IMG/VR virus record: IMGVR_UViG_3300046171_000252
Coordinates: 143,617 to 207,616 of that record
Reading direction: 5' to 3' (one strand)
Length of the DNA: 64,000 nt
The position numbers and the translations under genes are program-made. The notes below the pieces were generated by a model, which saw only the letters and a program-made list of their open reading frames with translations, had not been told where the DNA came from and searched no databases. Positions 28,312 to 37,879 of the stretch are shown piece by piece. The first letter of the stretch is position 1. Each line of letters starts with the position of its first letter.

Positions 28312-29141
28312 ATCATAAGTATTATTTTTCAGTTGCCGCAATGTTCAAGAATGAAAGTTGGACATTGAAGGAATGGGTTGAACACTATAAGTTGCATGGA
28401 GCAGATCATATCTATCTGGTAGATGACTTCAGTGATGATGATTATCTGCCTATCCTGCAACCTTATATTGATTCTGGATATGTGACTCTGTTTAAGAGTG
28501 ATGTAGATGAGAGATTTACGGGGCGACAAGTTCATGTCACGAATAAGTATTTCCTTCCTATTGCAAAAGAATCTAAGTGGATTGCACAGGTTGATGTAGA
28601 TGAGTTTCTGTATAGTCCAAAGGTTGTTGATATTAAAAAAATTCTAAAACAATATGAAGACTATGGTAGAGTAATTACTAACTGGGTATGGTTCAACTCT
28701 AATGATTTTATTGAACATCCTGAAGGTGGCATTGTCAATAACTTCAATAAGAGAGCAGAGTATAATGTAAGAGTCTGGGCTACATTGTATAGTCATGCCA
28801 ATCCAAAAGGACAGGATGAACCAGAGTGGCAGAACCTAGATGCTCCGAAGTGCATTGTGAATACTGACTTTGGTATTGAACATTTTGCAGTTCATGATGC
28901 ATTTAATAATGGAGAGACAATCAATCTATCATACAAGACAAATGAAAATGACCCAGAATTGCTTTTGAATCATTATCAATTACAATCTAGAGAGTATTGG
29001 GAAACTGTTAAGATGAATAGAGGTGATTGCAATCACTGGTATACTGGAAACAAAAGAGGATGGCACGCTTTCTATTCATTAGACGTTGGTAATATAATTG
29101 ATGACAGACTTAAAGAACAAAATATGGAGATAGTTCTATGA
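28308..29141 (+). CDS. GT92/GT2-like glycosyltransferase
   Basis: AMFKNE..LKEWVEH, LVDDFSDD, DVDEFL, LNHY. Confidence 0.8.
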   Translation: MNHKYYFSVAAMFKNESWTLKEWVEHYKLHGADHIYLVDDFSDDDYLPILQPYIDSGYVTLFKSDVDERFTGRQVHVTNKYFLPIAKESKWIAQVDVDEFLYSPKVVDIKKILKQYEDYGRVITNWVWFNSNDFIEHPEGGIVNNFNKRAEYNVRVWATLYSHANPKGQDEPEWQNLDAPKCIVNTDFGIEHFAVHDAFNNGETINLSYKTNENDPELLLNHYQLQSREYWETVKMNRGDCNHWYTGNKRGWHAFYSLDVGNIIDDRLKEQNMEIVL

Positions 29142-30004
29142 CAATTGGAATGAATAATCTAGGCACGAATGGGAGACTGGGAAACCAGATGTTTCAATAT
29201 GCCGCACTAGTAGGTATTGCCAAACAAGGTGGATTTGATTTTAGAATCCCCGACCATTCAAAGGCAACATACTTTGACCGCAAATCTGGTCCAAATATTA
29301 TTACGGAGTATCATCAATTGCAGCACTGCTTTGAGATGCTCCATTGTGGTGATAGGTATGGACTGGTGGATGGTGATGAGATTGAATTGCATGAATCTCA
29401 TGAGTTCTGTGAGGAGTTATTCAATGAGTGTCCAAATCATGTATCCCTGAACGGATACTTTCAAACAGAAAAGTATTTTAAGAATGCAGAGAAACTTATC
29501 CGACTGGACTTTAGATTCAAGAAGCATATCATTGAAGAGGTTCAATCGCACTTCAAGGAATATCTAGATCAAAAACCTGTATGTATTTTGGTAAGAGATT
29601 TCAACCCAGAATTTGATTATCCAAATTGTGAGAACAATCATATCAATGTCTCACTAGAGTTTTATGAGAAGGCAATTGAATCCTTAGGTAAGGACAGAAC
29701 TTATATTGTATGCTCTAATAGTATTGACCTTTGTAAGAAGCAAAAGTTATTTCAAGGAGACAATTTTATCTTCAATGAGGTTGTTCCCGAAGAGATATAT
29801 AAAGGACACTTTGACTTATGTTTAATGTCAATGTGTCAGGACTTCATCGTTTCCAATAGCACATTTGGATGGTGGGGTGCCTGGTTAGGAAATGGAGAAG
29901 GGAAGAGAGTTATACTACCGTCCCCTTGGTATGGACCCGGACTTTCTCATATTAGTGTTGATGATTTGTATCCAGATGGATGGGAGAAAATTGAATGGAA
30001 GTAA
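29138..30004 (+). CDS. GT11 alpha-1,2-fucosyltransferase-like
   Basis: GRLGNQMFQYA, NSTFGWWGAWL. Confidence 0.88.
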   Translation: MTIGMNNLGTNGRLGNQMFQYAALVGIAKQGGFDFRIPDHSKATYFDRKSGPNIITEYHQLQHCFEMLHCGDRYGLVDGDEIELHESHEFCEELFNECPNHVSLNGYFQTEKYFKNAEKLIRLDFRFKKHIIEEVQSHFKEYLDQKPVCILVRDFNPEFDYPNCENNHINVSLEFYEKAIESLGKDRTYIVCSNSIDLCKKQKLFQGDNFIFNEVVPEEIYKGHFDLCLMSMCQDFIVSNSTFGWWGAWLGNGEGKRVILPSPWYGPGLSHISVDDLYPDGWEKIEWK

Positions 30005-30768
30005 CAGTTGTAAGTCATGCCGGTATTGCCAATAGAATTAAGAATCTATTGAGTGCCATGGCACAACATGATAAAGTTTATACTCCACATGATACAATCT
30101 CATTTCTCTTTCCATCTATTTCTAAGGTAGATGAAGTTGTGAATCCTTATCCAGAGGATTGGAGATTGTATGTTGATCCTGAAGAAGAAAAATACATAGA
30201 CAACTACAAAACAATTGACCTGATGTATGAGAAGACTCCGCAGTATTTTGTGGATAAGTATCTCAATCTACTTGGAACTCTAGAAATCAATCAGGATATT
30301 CTTGATTATGTAAATGAGTTTACCGAATCTTGGGATGATATGGTTGGTGTTCATATTAGGTCATGGTATTGTGCCAAGAAAGTTTTTCATGATAATAGCA
30401 TCTTTGAAAGAGAGATAGATAGGTTAGCAGAAGACAAGAAATTCTTTTTCTGTTCTGACAACTCTGATGTCTATAAACATTTTGCAGACAGATATCCCGA
30501 CAGAGTAATTTTATACGATAGACAAATATTCAATGACCCCAAATTGGCTGAGTCCGGACATCATGATGATATTCAATTAACTACTGATGCCTTTATTGAG
30601 TTGTTGATACTATCCAAGTGTGCTACAATTGTTGGTACATATGCCAGTTCTTTTGATGAACTCGCATGGTGGATGAGTGGGTGTAAATCAAAAGTGATTA
30701 TACCAGAACCAATTAATTGTGAGCAAGAACTGAACAACTTTAACGATCTGATTTACGTAAAAAAATGA
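29995..30768 (+). CDS. fucosyltransferase-like (NodZ/O-FucT clan)
   Basis: GIANRIK, GVHIR, FFCSD, SSF..LAW. Confidence 0.65.
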   Translation: MEVTVVSHAGIANRIKNLLSAMAQHDKVYTPHDTISFLFPSISKVDEVVNPYPEDWRLYVDPEEEKYIDNYKTIDLMYEKTPQYFVDKYLNLLGTLEINQDILDYVNEFTESWDDMVGVHIRSWYCAKKVFHDNSIFEREIDRLAEDKKFFFCSDNSDVYKHFADRYPDRVILYDRQIFNDPKLAESGHHDDIQLTTDAFIELLILSKCATIVGTYASSFDELAWWMSGCKSKVIIPEPINCEQELNNFNDLIYVKK

Positions 30769-31523
30769 TTACATTAGAAGCAACGAAACAAGTGGCAGAT
30801 GATTCTCCGGATCATATCTGTCCGGTTGGTGCGATTAGAGATAACTTCACATCAGAGGGATTGATTGAAGAAGTCAAAGATGGATTTGAGAACGAACAAA
30901 TTTCCATGCTAGATCTTGGATGTGCCGGTGCTCAGTTTGTTGTTGATTTTATTAATAGAGGTGATATTGGTATAGGATTGGAGGGTAGTAGTAATTCTCT
31001 TGGTGGTATTGGTAAGGACAACTGGGATAAGTATCACAATAAAAATTTGTTCCTATGTGATATCACAAAAGATTATCAACTCTATGATGATGGAGAACCC
31101 ATGGAGTTTGATTTCATTCACTCGGAAGAAGTGTTTGAACACATTGCACCCGAAGATATTGACAACATGCTTATTAATATCTTTAAGCATCTGAAGGAGG
31201 GTGGTCTTTGTGTATTTGGAGTTTCTCTTGTTCCTGATGTAAGGAATGAGAAAGGTGAGGACATGGTGCCACCTTTTGCTCCAGAAGATAGAACTATCGG
31301 ATATGAAGGAGAACTCTTTACTCTTCATCAATCTGTGTTCCCTGCAACCTGGTGGAAAGAAAAAATTGAGTCAGCAGGGTTTAAAATTTTCGAGGAAGGA
31401 CTTCATGATGAGAACCACTTTGGATATCTTTTTAATCACATTGTTCGTGGTGCCGGATACTCTGGCAATGTTCCTGGTTATAAAGGATGGGATGAGTCCG
31501 CGTATTTCTGTTGCACAAAATGA
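30765..31523 (+). CDS. class I SAM-dependent methyltransferase
   Basis: LDLGCAGA, FDFIHSEEVFEHI. Confidence 0.85.
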   Translation: MITLEATKQVADDSPDHICPVGAIRDNFTSEGLIEEVKDGFENEQISMLDLGCAGAQFVVDFINRGDIGIGLEGSSNSLGGIGKDNWDKYHNKNLFLCDITKDYQLYDDGEPMEFDFIHSEEVFEHIAPEDIDNMLINIFKHLKEGGLCVFGVSLVPDVRNEKGEDMVPPFAPEDRTIGYEGELFTLHQSVFPATWWKEKIESAGFKIFEEGLHDENHFGYLFNHIVRGAGYSGNVPGYKGWDESAYFCCTK

Positions 31524-32347
31524 TTGATCTTAAGAATTGTACTTTTATCATTCCCGTAAGGATTGAGAGTGAAGATAGAATGCGTAATGTTATTACAGTT
31601 CTGTGTTATCTTCTTGAAAACTTTGATACTAAAGTTATTCTCAAAGAAGTGGATGTAGAGTCTGTATTTCAGGAAGCAGTTCTACCACAAATTAAAGAAT
31701 ATCTTGGTGATGCACTTAACAATCTAACGCATGTCTTTGAGAAATCTGATGACCCTGTGTTCTATAGGATGAAGATTCTTAATGAAATGATTGATATGGC
31801 AGACACTCCAGTCATTGCCAACTATGACTGTGATGTTCTGTTCAGACCAGAAACATATACAGAATCGGTTGAGATGGTCATGAATGGATGTGATATTGTA
31901 TATCCATATGGATTTGGTGAGTATCAGAGACAAGTCTTTGCCGATGATGAAGATGTGAGTGAGTTTCTTTCTAATGATTTTAACTTTGACATCCTTGATA
32001 ATAAGTCAAAGATGTATGATGCTCAGTATGGGCACGTTCAATTTGTAGATAGAAAATCCTATATTGATGCAGGTATGGAGAATGAAAACTTCCGAGGTTC
32101 TTCTCCTGAAGATAAGGAGAGATTCTATAGATTTGAAAAAATGGGTTATAATGTTGGTAGAATAGATCATCAGGTTTATCACCTAGAACATAGTAGAGGT
32201 AGAAACTCTTGGCCAAATTCAGTTCAAGGCAATCCATACATGAGAGAAAACTTTGAGGTATGGGAATCAATTCAGAACATGTCTGGTGAAGAGTTGAGAG
32301 AATACTATTCCAATCAAGAGTATCTGAAAAAGTATGTTAATTGCTAG
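31520..32347 (+). CDS. galactosyltransferase-like (GT2/GT7C)
   Basis: NYDCD, GMENENFRGSSPED, YHLEH. Confidence 0.8.
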   Translation: MIDLKNCTFIIPVRIESEDRMRNVITVLCYLLENFDTKVILKEVDVESVFQEAVLPQIKEYLGDALNNLTHVFEKSDDPVFYRMKILNEMIDMADTPVIANYDCDVLFRPETYTESVEMVMNGCDIVYPYGFGEYQRQVFADDEDVSEFLSNDFNFDILDNKSKMYDAQYGHVQFVDRKSYIDAGMENENFRGSSPEDKERFYRFEKMGYNVGRIDHQVYHLEHSRGRNSWPNSVQGNPYMRENFEVWESIQNMSGEELREYYSNQEYLKKYVNC

Positions 32348-33281
32348 TTGTCCATTAAGAATTTCCCTGTTCGGAGGTTCTACTGATAATCCATATTTCG
32401 TAGAGAAGTATGGGTATGGTTCTGTAATTAGTTTCACATGTGATCTTAAGACATATGTAACTATCAGTCAGGACAAAATTGGTTTCAATAAAGAACAACA
32501 CAAATATATCATCAACTATTCAAAGAGAGAGGAAGTCTCCAAGGTTGAGGATATACAGAATGAAGTTGTAAGAACTGTATTGGAGCATTTTAATATGCCA
32601 CCAGTACAGGTTACTCTTACCAGTGATGCTTATTCACAAGGAAGTGGATTGGCATCTTCGTCTTCTTATACAATAAGTCTTATCAAGGCATGTTCTTTGT
32701 TCTTGAAGATTACAATGACAGAAAGTGAGATATGTAAATTGGCATATCAACTTGAAAGAGTATATAATCCTTATTGTGGATATCAAGATCCGTATGGATG
32801 TGGTGTCGGTGGATTTAAAAGAATTGAATTCATGAATAATGATTGTATCAAGTATGAGTTTCTTCCAACAGAACTATTTGATAAGTATGATACTCATCTT
32901 ATCTTCACAGGTGTCACGAGAAACTCTAAGAAGATTCTTAAAAATGTAACTGATAATTTGGAGAAAGTAAAACCACTTCTTGACACAGTAGTCTGTGCAT
33001 ATCAAAGTCTTTCTCAAAATGACTATGAGTTGTTTTTCAAGTATCTAAATCATGGATGGCAACAAAAGAAAGAAACGAGTAGTTCAATATGTGAGAATGA
33101 ACTCATTAAAGAGATTGATTCTTCTTTGGAAAATAGTCCATCGGTCTTGTCGCATAAATTATGTGGGGCAGGTAATGGAGGATTTTTCTTAGTATTCTCT
33201 AATAAGGACAGCTTGAATATTCCTTATGAATCTGTTAGAATAAATGTATCGCCAAATGGGGTAACGGGTAGATGTCTTTGA
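32334..33281 (+). CDS. hddA: GHMP sugar kinase, HddA-like heptose-7-phosphate kinase
   Basis: PLRISLFGGSTD, GSGLASSS, GYQD, KLCGAGNGGF. Confidence 0.8.
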   Translation: MLIASCPLRISLFGGSTDNPYFVEKYGYGSVISFTCDLKTYVTISQDKIGFNKEQHKYIINYSKREEVSKVEDIQNEVVRTVLEHFNMPPVQVTLTSDAYSQGSGLASSSSYTISLIKACSLFLKITMTESEICKLAYQLERVYNPYCGYQDPYGCGVGGFKRIEFMNNDCIKYEFLPTELFDKYDTHLIFTGVTRNSKKILKNVTDNLEKVKPLLDTVVCAYQSLSQNDYELFFKYLNHGWQQKKETSSSICENELIKEIDSSLENSPSVLSHKLCGAGNGGFFLVFSNKDSLNIPYESVRINVSPNGVTGRCL

Positions 33282-34078
33282 TTACGTTAGAAACTGAAAA
33301 TCCTGTTGCGATTGATTCTCCCGATCATATTGCACCAGCAGGAACGATTGTAGATAATCGCACGAATGTTGATTATGTAAATGCAGTAAAGAATTACTTT
33401 GATAGACCATTCAAAGTATTGGATATGGGATGTGCTGGAGCACAGATGATTGCAGATTATATTGATGCTGGATATGTTGCCGTAGGACTTGAGGGTTCTA
33501 CGCATGTTCTTACGGGTGCAGGGTCTCACAACTGGGACAAGTATCATAATAAGAATCTATTCAATGTAGATTTGTCAAAACCATTTCAACTGAAAGAAGA
33601 TGGTGGGGACATGAAGTTTGACTTTATCCATAGTTGGGATGTTGTTGAGCATATTCATCCTGATGATCTGGGTGTCTGGTTTGATAATGTTAAGAATCAC
33701 CTGACAGATGATGGTGTGTTCTGTTGTGTTCTTGCAACTACTCCTGATTATGAAATGAAAGATGGTGAACTTGTAATTCGTCATCGGTCAATGTTCAACT
33801 CTGCGGAGTGGGTCAACATCTTCTTTGATAATGGATTTGAACTCTGCGTTGAGAATAATTGGCACTCTTATCCTGTGGGTAGAAACTATCCCGACAGTGT
33901 AAAACCACAATGCTATCATGAAGCAGCAGGTGTAGTCGGAACAGAAAATGGATTATACTTTGGTTATCTCTTTGGTGATGCTCAGTTCAGCAACCATGAC
34001 AACAAAGGTGCAAACATTTATTTCTGTGTAAGAAAAAAACAAAACCACGAACAGCGTATTCCATCTAACTGGGACTGA
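33272..34078 (+). CDS. class I SAM-dependent methyltransferase (paralog of 30765)
   Basis: LDMGCAGA, FDFIHSWDVVEHI; shared DSPDHI and NWDKYHNKNLF. Confidence 0.85.
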   Translation: MSLITLETENPVAIDSPDHIAPAGTIVDNRTNVDYVNAVKNYFDRPFKVLDMGCAGAQMIADYIDAGYVAVGLEGSTHVLTGAGSHNWDKYHNKNLFNVDLSKPFQLKEDGGDMKFDFIHSWDVVEHIHPDDLGVWFDNVKNHLTDDGVFCCVLATTPDYEMKDGELVIRHRSMFNSAEWVNIFFDNGFELCVENNWHSYPVGRNYPDSVKPQCYHEAAGVVGTENGLYFGYLFGDAQFSNHDNKGANIYFCVRKKQNHEQRIPSNWD

Positions 34079-34081
34079 ATT

Positions 34082-34585
34082 ATGAATCCATTTAAAGAGT
34101 ATATTGAAGTTCTTGAATGTGCCCACATGGGCAATGAGTTTGAGAAGTTTCAAGAAGCATTCAAAAATCACAGCAGAATTATCATCCTTGGCAACGGAGG
34201 TAGCAGTTCAGTTGCATCTCATATCTCTCAGGACTATATGAAGTTCAGGGGTAAGAAAGTTTCGATTCTTTCTGACCCATCCATGTTGACCATGCTTACA
34301 AATGATTTTGGGTATGAAAATGCATATCAAAAGTTTCTAGAGTATTATGTGGAGGATGAAACTCTTGTTGTTCTGATGAGTTCTGGTGGAGAATCAAAGA
34401 ATATTTTGAATTGTTTAACCTGGTGTGAAGAAAACAAGGTCAACTATGGTATTCTGACGGGGTTCTCTCCTGAAAATACTATTAGAACTAGGGCAACCAA
34501 TGCCCTTTGGAATTACTATATCTCTAGTCAAGACTATGGTGTGGTAGAATGTGTTCATCAGATTTTCCTGCACGGAGTCGTATGA
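34082..34585 (+). CDS. gmhA: phosphoheptose isomerase (SIS domain)
   Basis: GNGGSSS.ASH, TMLTNDFGY, SSGGESKNI, VECVH. Confidence 0.85.
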   Translation: MNPFKEYIEVLECAHMGNEFEKFQEAFKNHSRIIILGNGGSSSVASHISQDYMKFRGKKVSILSDPSMLTMLTNDFGYENAYQKFLEYYVEDETLVVLMSSGGESKNILNCLTWCEENKVNYGILTGFSPENTIRTRATNALWNYYISSQDYGVVECVHQIFLHGVV

Positions 34586-35334
34586 GATATTGCTTTGATA
34601 TTGATGGCACACTTTGCCATACTCCTTGCAATCCAGATGGACATGGTATGAGGTATGAAGAAGCAACTTCATTTCCATGGATGGTTGGTCATGTTAATCG
34701 TCTTTATGATGAAGGACATTACATTATTATGATGACTGCTCGTGGAAGAGGGTCTGGAATTGATCATGGTGATTTGACTCGCAATCAACTTGCAATGTGG
34801 GGATACAAGTATCATGAACTTGAACCTATGTTTCATAAACCAACTGCGGACCTTTTTATTGATGATAAGGGTATTGATGTAAATGAGTGGTTAAAACAAC
34901 AACCACAAACTAAAGGTGTTATTGCCGGTGCATTTGATGTTATTCATCCTGGATACATTAGAATGTTTTCTGAAGCAAAACAATACTGTAATCATTTAAC
35001 TGTTGCTCTTCATGTTGACCCATCCACCGAAAGGTCTCATAAACTTTCACCGGTCCAATCTGCCGATGAGCGTAAAGAGATTCTTCTGGGAATGAAGAAC
35101 ATTGATGATGTTGTTCTTTATAATAATGAGGAAGAATATCTGTCCTATCTCAAGAGTGGTGATTATGAGATTCGTTTTCTTGGCACAGACTATAAGGATG
35201 GAACATATTCAGGTAAAGAAATAGACATTGATATTGTTTGGTTGGATAGAGAAAATCATAATTACTCTACTACAAAACTAAAAACAGATATTTTTAAATC
35301 AATTTTACCAAGGGCATCTGAGAACTATGATTAA
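34582..35334 (+). CDS. HAD phosphatase fused to cytidylyltransferase-like nucleotidyltransferase
   Basis: N-terminal FDIDGT...KP..D..IDD; C-terminal GAFDVIHPGY (HIGH-type) and STT. Confidence 0.85.
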   Translation: MRYCFDIDGTLCHTPCNPDGHGMRYEEATSFPWMVGHVNRLYDEGHYIIMMTARGRGSGIDHGDLTRNQLAMWGYKYHELEPMFHKPTADLFIDDKGIDVNEWLKQQPQTKGVIAGAFDVIHPGYIRMFSEAKQYCNHLTVALHVDPSTERSHKLSPVQSADERKEILLGMKNIDDVVLYNNEEEYLSYLKSGDYEIRFLGTDYKDGTYSGKEIDIDIVWLDRENHNYSTTKLKTDIFKSILPRASENYD

Positions 35335-36223
35335 AAGTTTAGTAACTGGAGGAGCAGGATTCATCGGATCTAATCTGGTGGATGCATTACTTGAACAAGG
35401 ACACATGGTCGTATGTGTTGATAATGAAAGTGCAAGTAATGAAGAGTTCTATTGGAATAGAGATGCTATTAACATTAAGGCAGATGTAACTGATTATAAA
35501 ATAATGAGAAACTGCATGACAGACATTGATTATGTTTTTCATCTAGCAGCAGAGTCGCGTCTTCAACCTGCAATTGAGAATCCAATTGAAGCTATTGTAA
35601 AGAACTGCGTTGGAACTACAACTATTCTGCAGTGTGCCAGAGAAGCAGGTGTAAAGAAAGTTATGTATTCTTCCACTTCTTCTGGATATGGAATGAACTC
35701 ATATCCGAATGTTGAAACACAACCAGATGATTGTTTGAATCCTTACTCTGCATCTAAGGTTGCAGCAGAAAAATTCTGTAAGATGTATACAGATCTATAT
35801 GGACTTAAGACTGTTGTATTCAGATACTTTAATGTATATGGAGAAAGGTCTCCTGTCTTTGGTCAGTATGCTCCTGTCATTGGAATCTTCCTGAAGCAAA
35901 AGAACGAAGGTCAACCTCTTACTATTGTGGGTGATGGGTCTCAAAGGAGAGACTTTATTCATGTGAAAGATGTTGCTGCCGCAAATATTCTTGCCGCAAC
36001 TGCTGATATTCCTGAGGAGTATTATGGTCAGGTGTTTAATATTGGTAGTAGTGACAGCATTTCTATTCAGGAGATTGCAAATCTAATTTCAGATGATCAG
36101 GTTTATATTCCGAAGAGAGAAGGTGAAATGGAGACTACTTTTGCTAATATAGATAAGGCAAAAGAAATTCTTGGTTGGACTCCCAAGATTAATGTTTCGG
36201 ATTGGATTCGTGAAAACCTATGA
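35327..36223 (+). CDS. NAD-dependent epimerase/dehydratase
   Basis: TGGAGFIGS, YSASK, RYFNVYG, RDFIHV. Confidence 0.92.
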   Translation: MIKSLVTGGAGFIGSNLVDALLEQGHMVVCVDNESASNEEFYWNRDAINIKADVTDYKIMRNCMTDIDYVFHLAAESRLQPAIENPIEAIVKNCVGTTTILQCAREAGVKKVMYSSTSSGYGMNSYPNVETQPDDCLNPYSASKVAAEKFCKMYTDLYGLKTVVFRYFNVYGERSPVFGQYAPVIGIFLKQKNEGQPLTIVGDGSQRRDFIHVKDVAAANILAATADIPEEYYGQVFNIGSSDSISIQEIANLISDDQVYIPKREGEMETTFANIDKAKEILGWTPKINVSDWIRENL

Positions 36224-37131
36224 GCAAGTTTGTAGTATTGAAGTCTGCGGGACTGGGTAATAGAATTAAGTTATATGTGTCTTACCTGCAGAGGTATGAC
36301 GAACTTTTGATTGAAAAGGAACCTGACTTATATCTCTTTGAGAATTTCAAGTTATGTAATAAGGAAGAGGATATCAAAATCTATCCTTGGACTCATTCTG
36401 GATGGAGACTTCTAGTTAATGAAGATGAGGTTCAATACTGCGACAAATACAAAACTATAGATCAACTCTATAATGATACTCCACAATACTTTATTGATAA
36501 GTATCTTCCTGTATGGCAGAAGTTAAGAATTCAACCAGACATTCAAAAGATTATTGACGACTTTACGCAGGACTGGGACAAGGAAGATATGGTTGGAATC
36601 CATGTTAGAACTAATCTGCCACCAGTTGATGACGGAAGTCGTAGTGTCTGGATGGACTATGAAGGATTTGAGAAAGAGATTGAGAAGTATCCATCTACTC
36701 AGAAGTTTTTCCTTGCCACAGACCATGAACCAATAGTCGGATATTACAAGTCTAGATATCCTGGACAGATTATTACATTCCCTAGGAACGATATTGTTAG
36801 GCACGACAATCATACTGATAATGTGAGTCAGACAATCGGTGCATTTCTTGATATGTATTTGTTGTCTCAATGCTATAAGAAGTTGATTCTTACATGGGGA
36901 ACTTCTTTCTCGGAATGTTCCTGGTGGTTTGGTGGATGTAGAGCTGAAGTGGTGATGCCAACACTTTGGGACAAAATTCCAACAGACTTTTACGATATCA
37001 TTTACAATAAGAAGAATGTGTCCTATAATCTAGGAGGAGAATCAGTCTTTGCTGAGGGTTGTCGCACGTATGCTCCTCTCAGTTTCGGAAATAACTACAC
37101 TATCAAAAATTGGATGGTCCATCATGAATAG
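36220..37131 (+). CDS. fucosyltransferase-like (paralog of 29995)
   Basis: GLGNRIK, GIHVR, FLATD; shared WRL.V...YKTID..Y..TPQYF.DKYL. Confidence 0.65.
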   Translation: MSKFVVLKSAGLGNRIKLYVSYLQRYDELLIEKEPDLYLFENFKLCNKEEDIKIYPWTHSGWRLLVNEDEVQYCDKYKTIDQLYNDTPQYFIDKYLPVWQKLRIQPDIQKIIDDFTQDWDKEDMVGIHVRTNLPPVDDGSRSVWMDYEGFEKEIEKYPSTQKFFLATDHEPIVGYYKSRYPGQIITFPRNDIVRHDNHTDNVSQTIGAFLDMYLLSQCYKKLILTWGTSFSECSWWFGGCRAEVVMPTLWDKIPTDFYDIIYNKKNVSYNLGGESVFAEGCRTYAPLSFGNNYTIKNWMVHHE

Positions 37132-37879
37132 GATAGAAGACTACAACAAATTAAAAATAGGTATTGTAACCTGGATTAAAGATTATGTTGAAAAGAATGA
37201 GATTAAATCCCTTGTTATAGGAGTATCTGGAGGAATTGATTCTGCAGTAGTCTCTACCTTATGTGCAGAAACAGGACTACCAACCTATGTGGTTGCCATG
37301 CCTCTGCATTCTAAAATTGAAAATAGTACATTATCAAGTGATCATTGTAAATTTTTGCAAGAGAGATACGCCAACATCAGGCATAACCGAGTAGAACTGT
37401 CGGGTGTTTATGATCAGTTCATGCACAGTTTAACTTGGTGGACTGGTGATAAATTTAATGGCAATGAACTCTCCAATGCAAATACAAAGTCTCGTCTTCG
37501 TATGGTGACTCTGTATCAAATTGCCGGATCTGTTGGTGGCATCGTTGTCGGCACCGGTAATAAGGTTGAAGATTATGGTGTAGGATTCTACACTAAATAT
37601 GGTGATGGCGGTGTTGATATAGCACCCATCGCAGACTTATACAAAACTGAAGTATGGGAACTTGGAAAGCATCTTAATATAGATAAACGAATTATAGATG
37701 CAAAACCAACGGATGGTCTGTGGAATGATGGACGAACTGATGAAGATCAAATTGGTGCATCCTATGAGGACTTAGAACATGCCATGGAATATGGTAATGG
37801 TCCTGCCGTAAGAATCTTGCATGATTATAACTGCAAGAACAAGCATAAGATGAACCCTATTCCGACTTTTAAATTATGA
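37124..37879 (+). CDS. nadE: NH3-dependent NAD+ synthetase
   Basis: SGGIDS, N.KSRLRM, GTGNKVE, GFYTKYGDG, PTDGL, DEDQIG; no glutaminase domain. Confidence 0.93.
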   Translation: MNRIEDYNKLKIGIVTWIKDYVEKNEIKSLVIGVSGGIDSAVVSTLCAETGLPTYVVAMPLHSKIENSTLSSDHCKFLQERYANIRHNRVELSGVYDQFMHSLTWWTGDKFNGNELSNANTKSRLRMVTLYQIAGSVGGIVVGTGNKVEDYGVGFYTKYGDGGVDIAPIADLYKTEVWELGKHLNIDKRIIDAKPTDGLWNDGRTDEDQIGASYEDLEHAMEYGNGPAVRILHDYNCKNKHKMNPIPTFKL

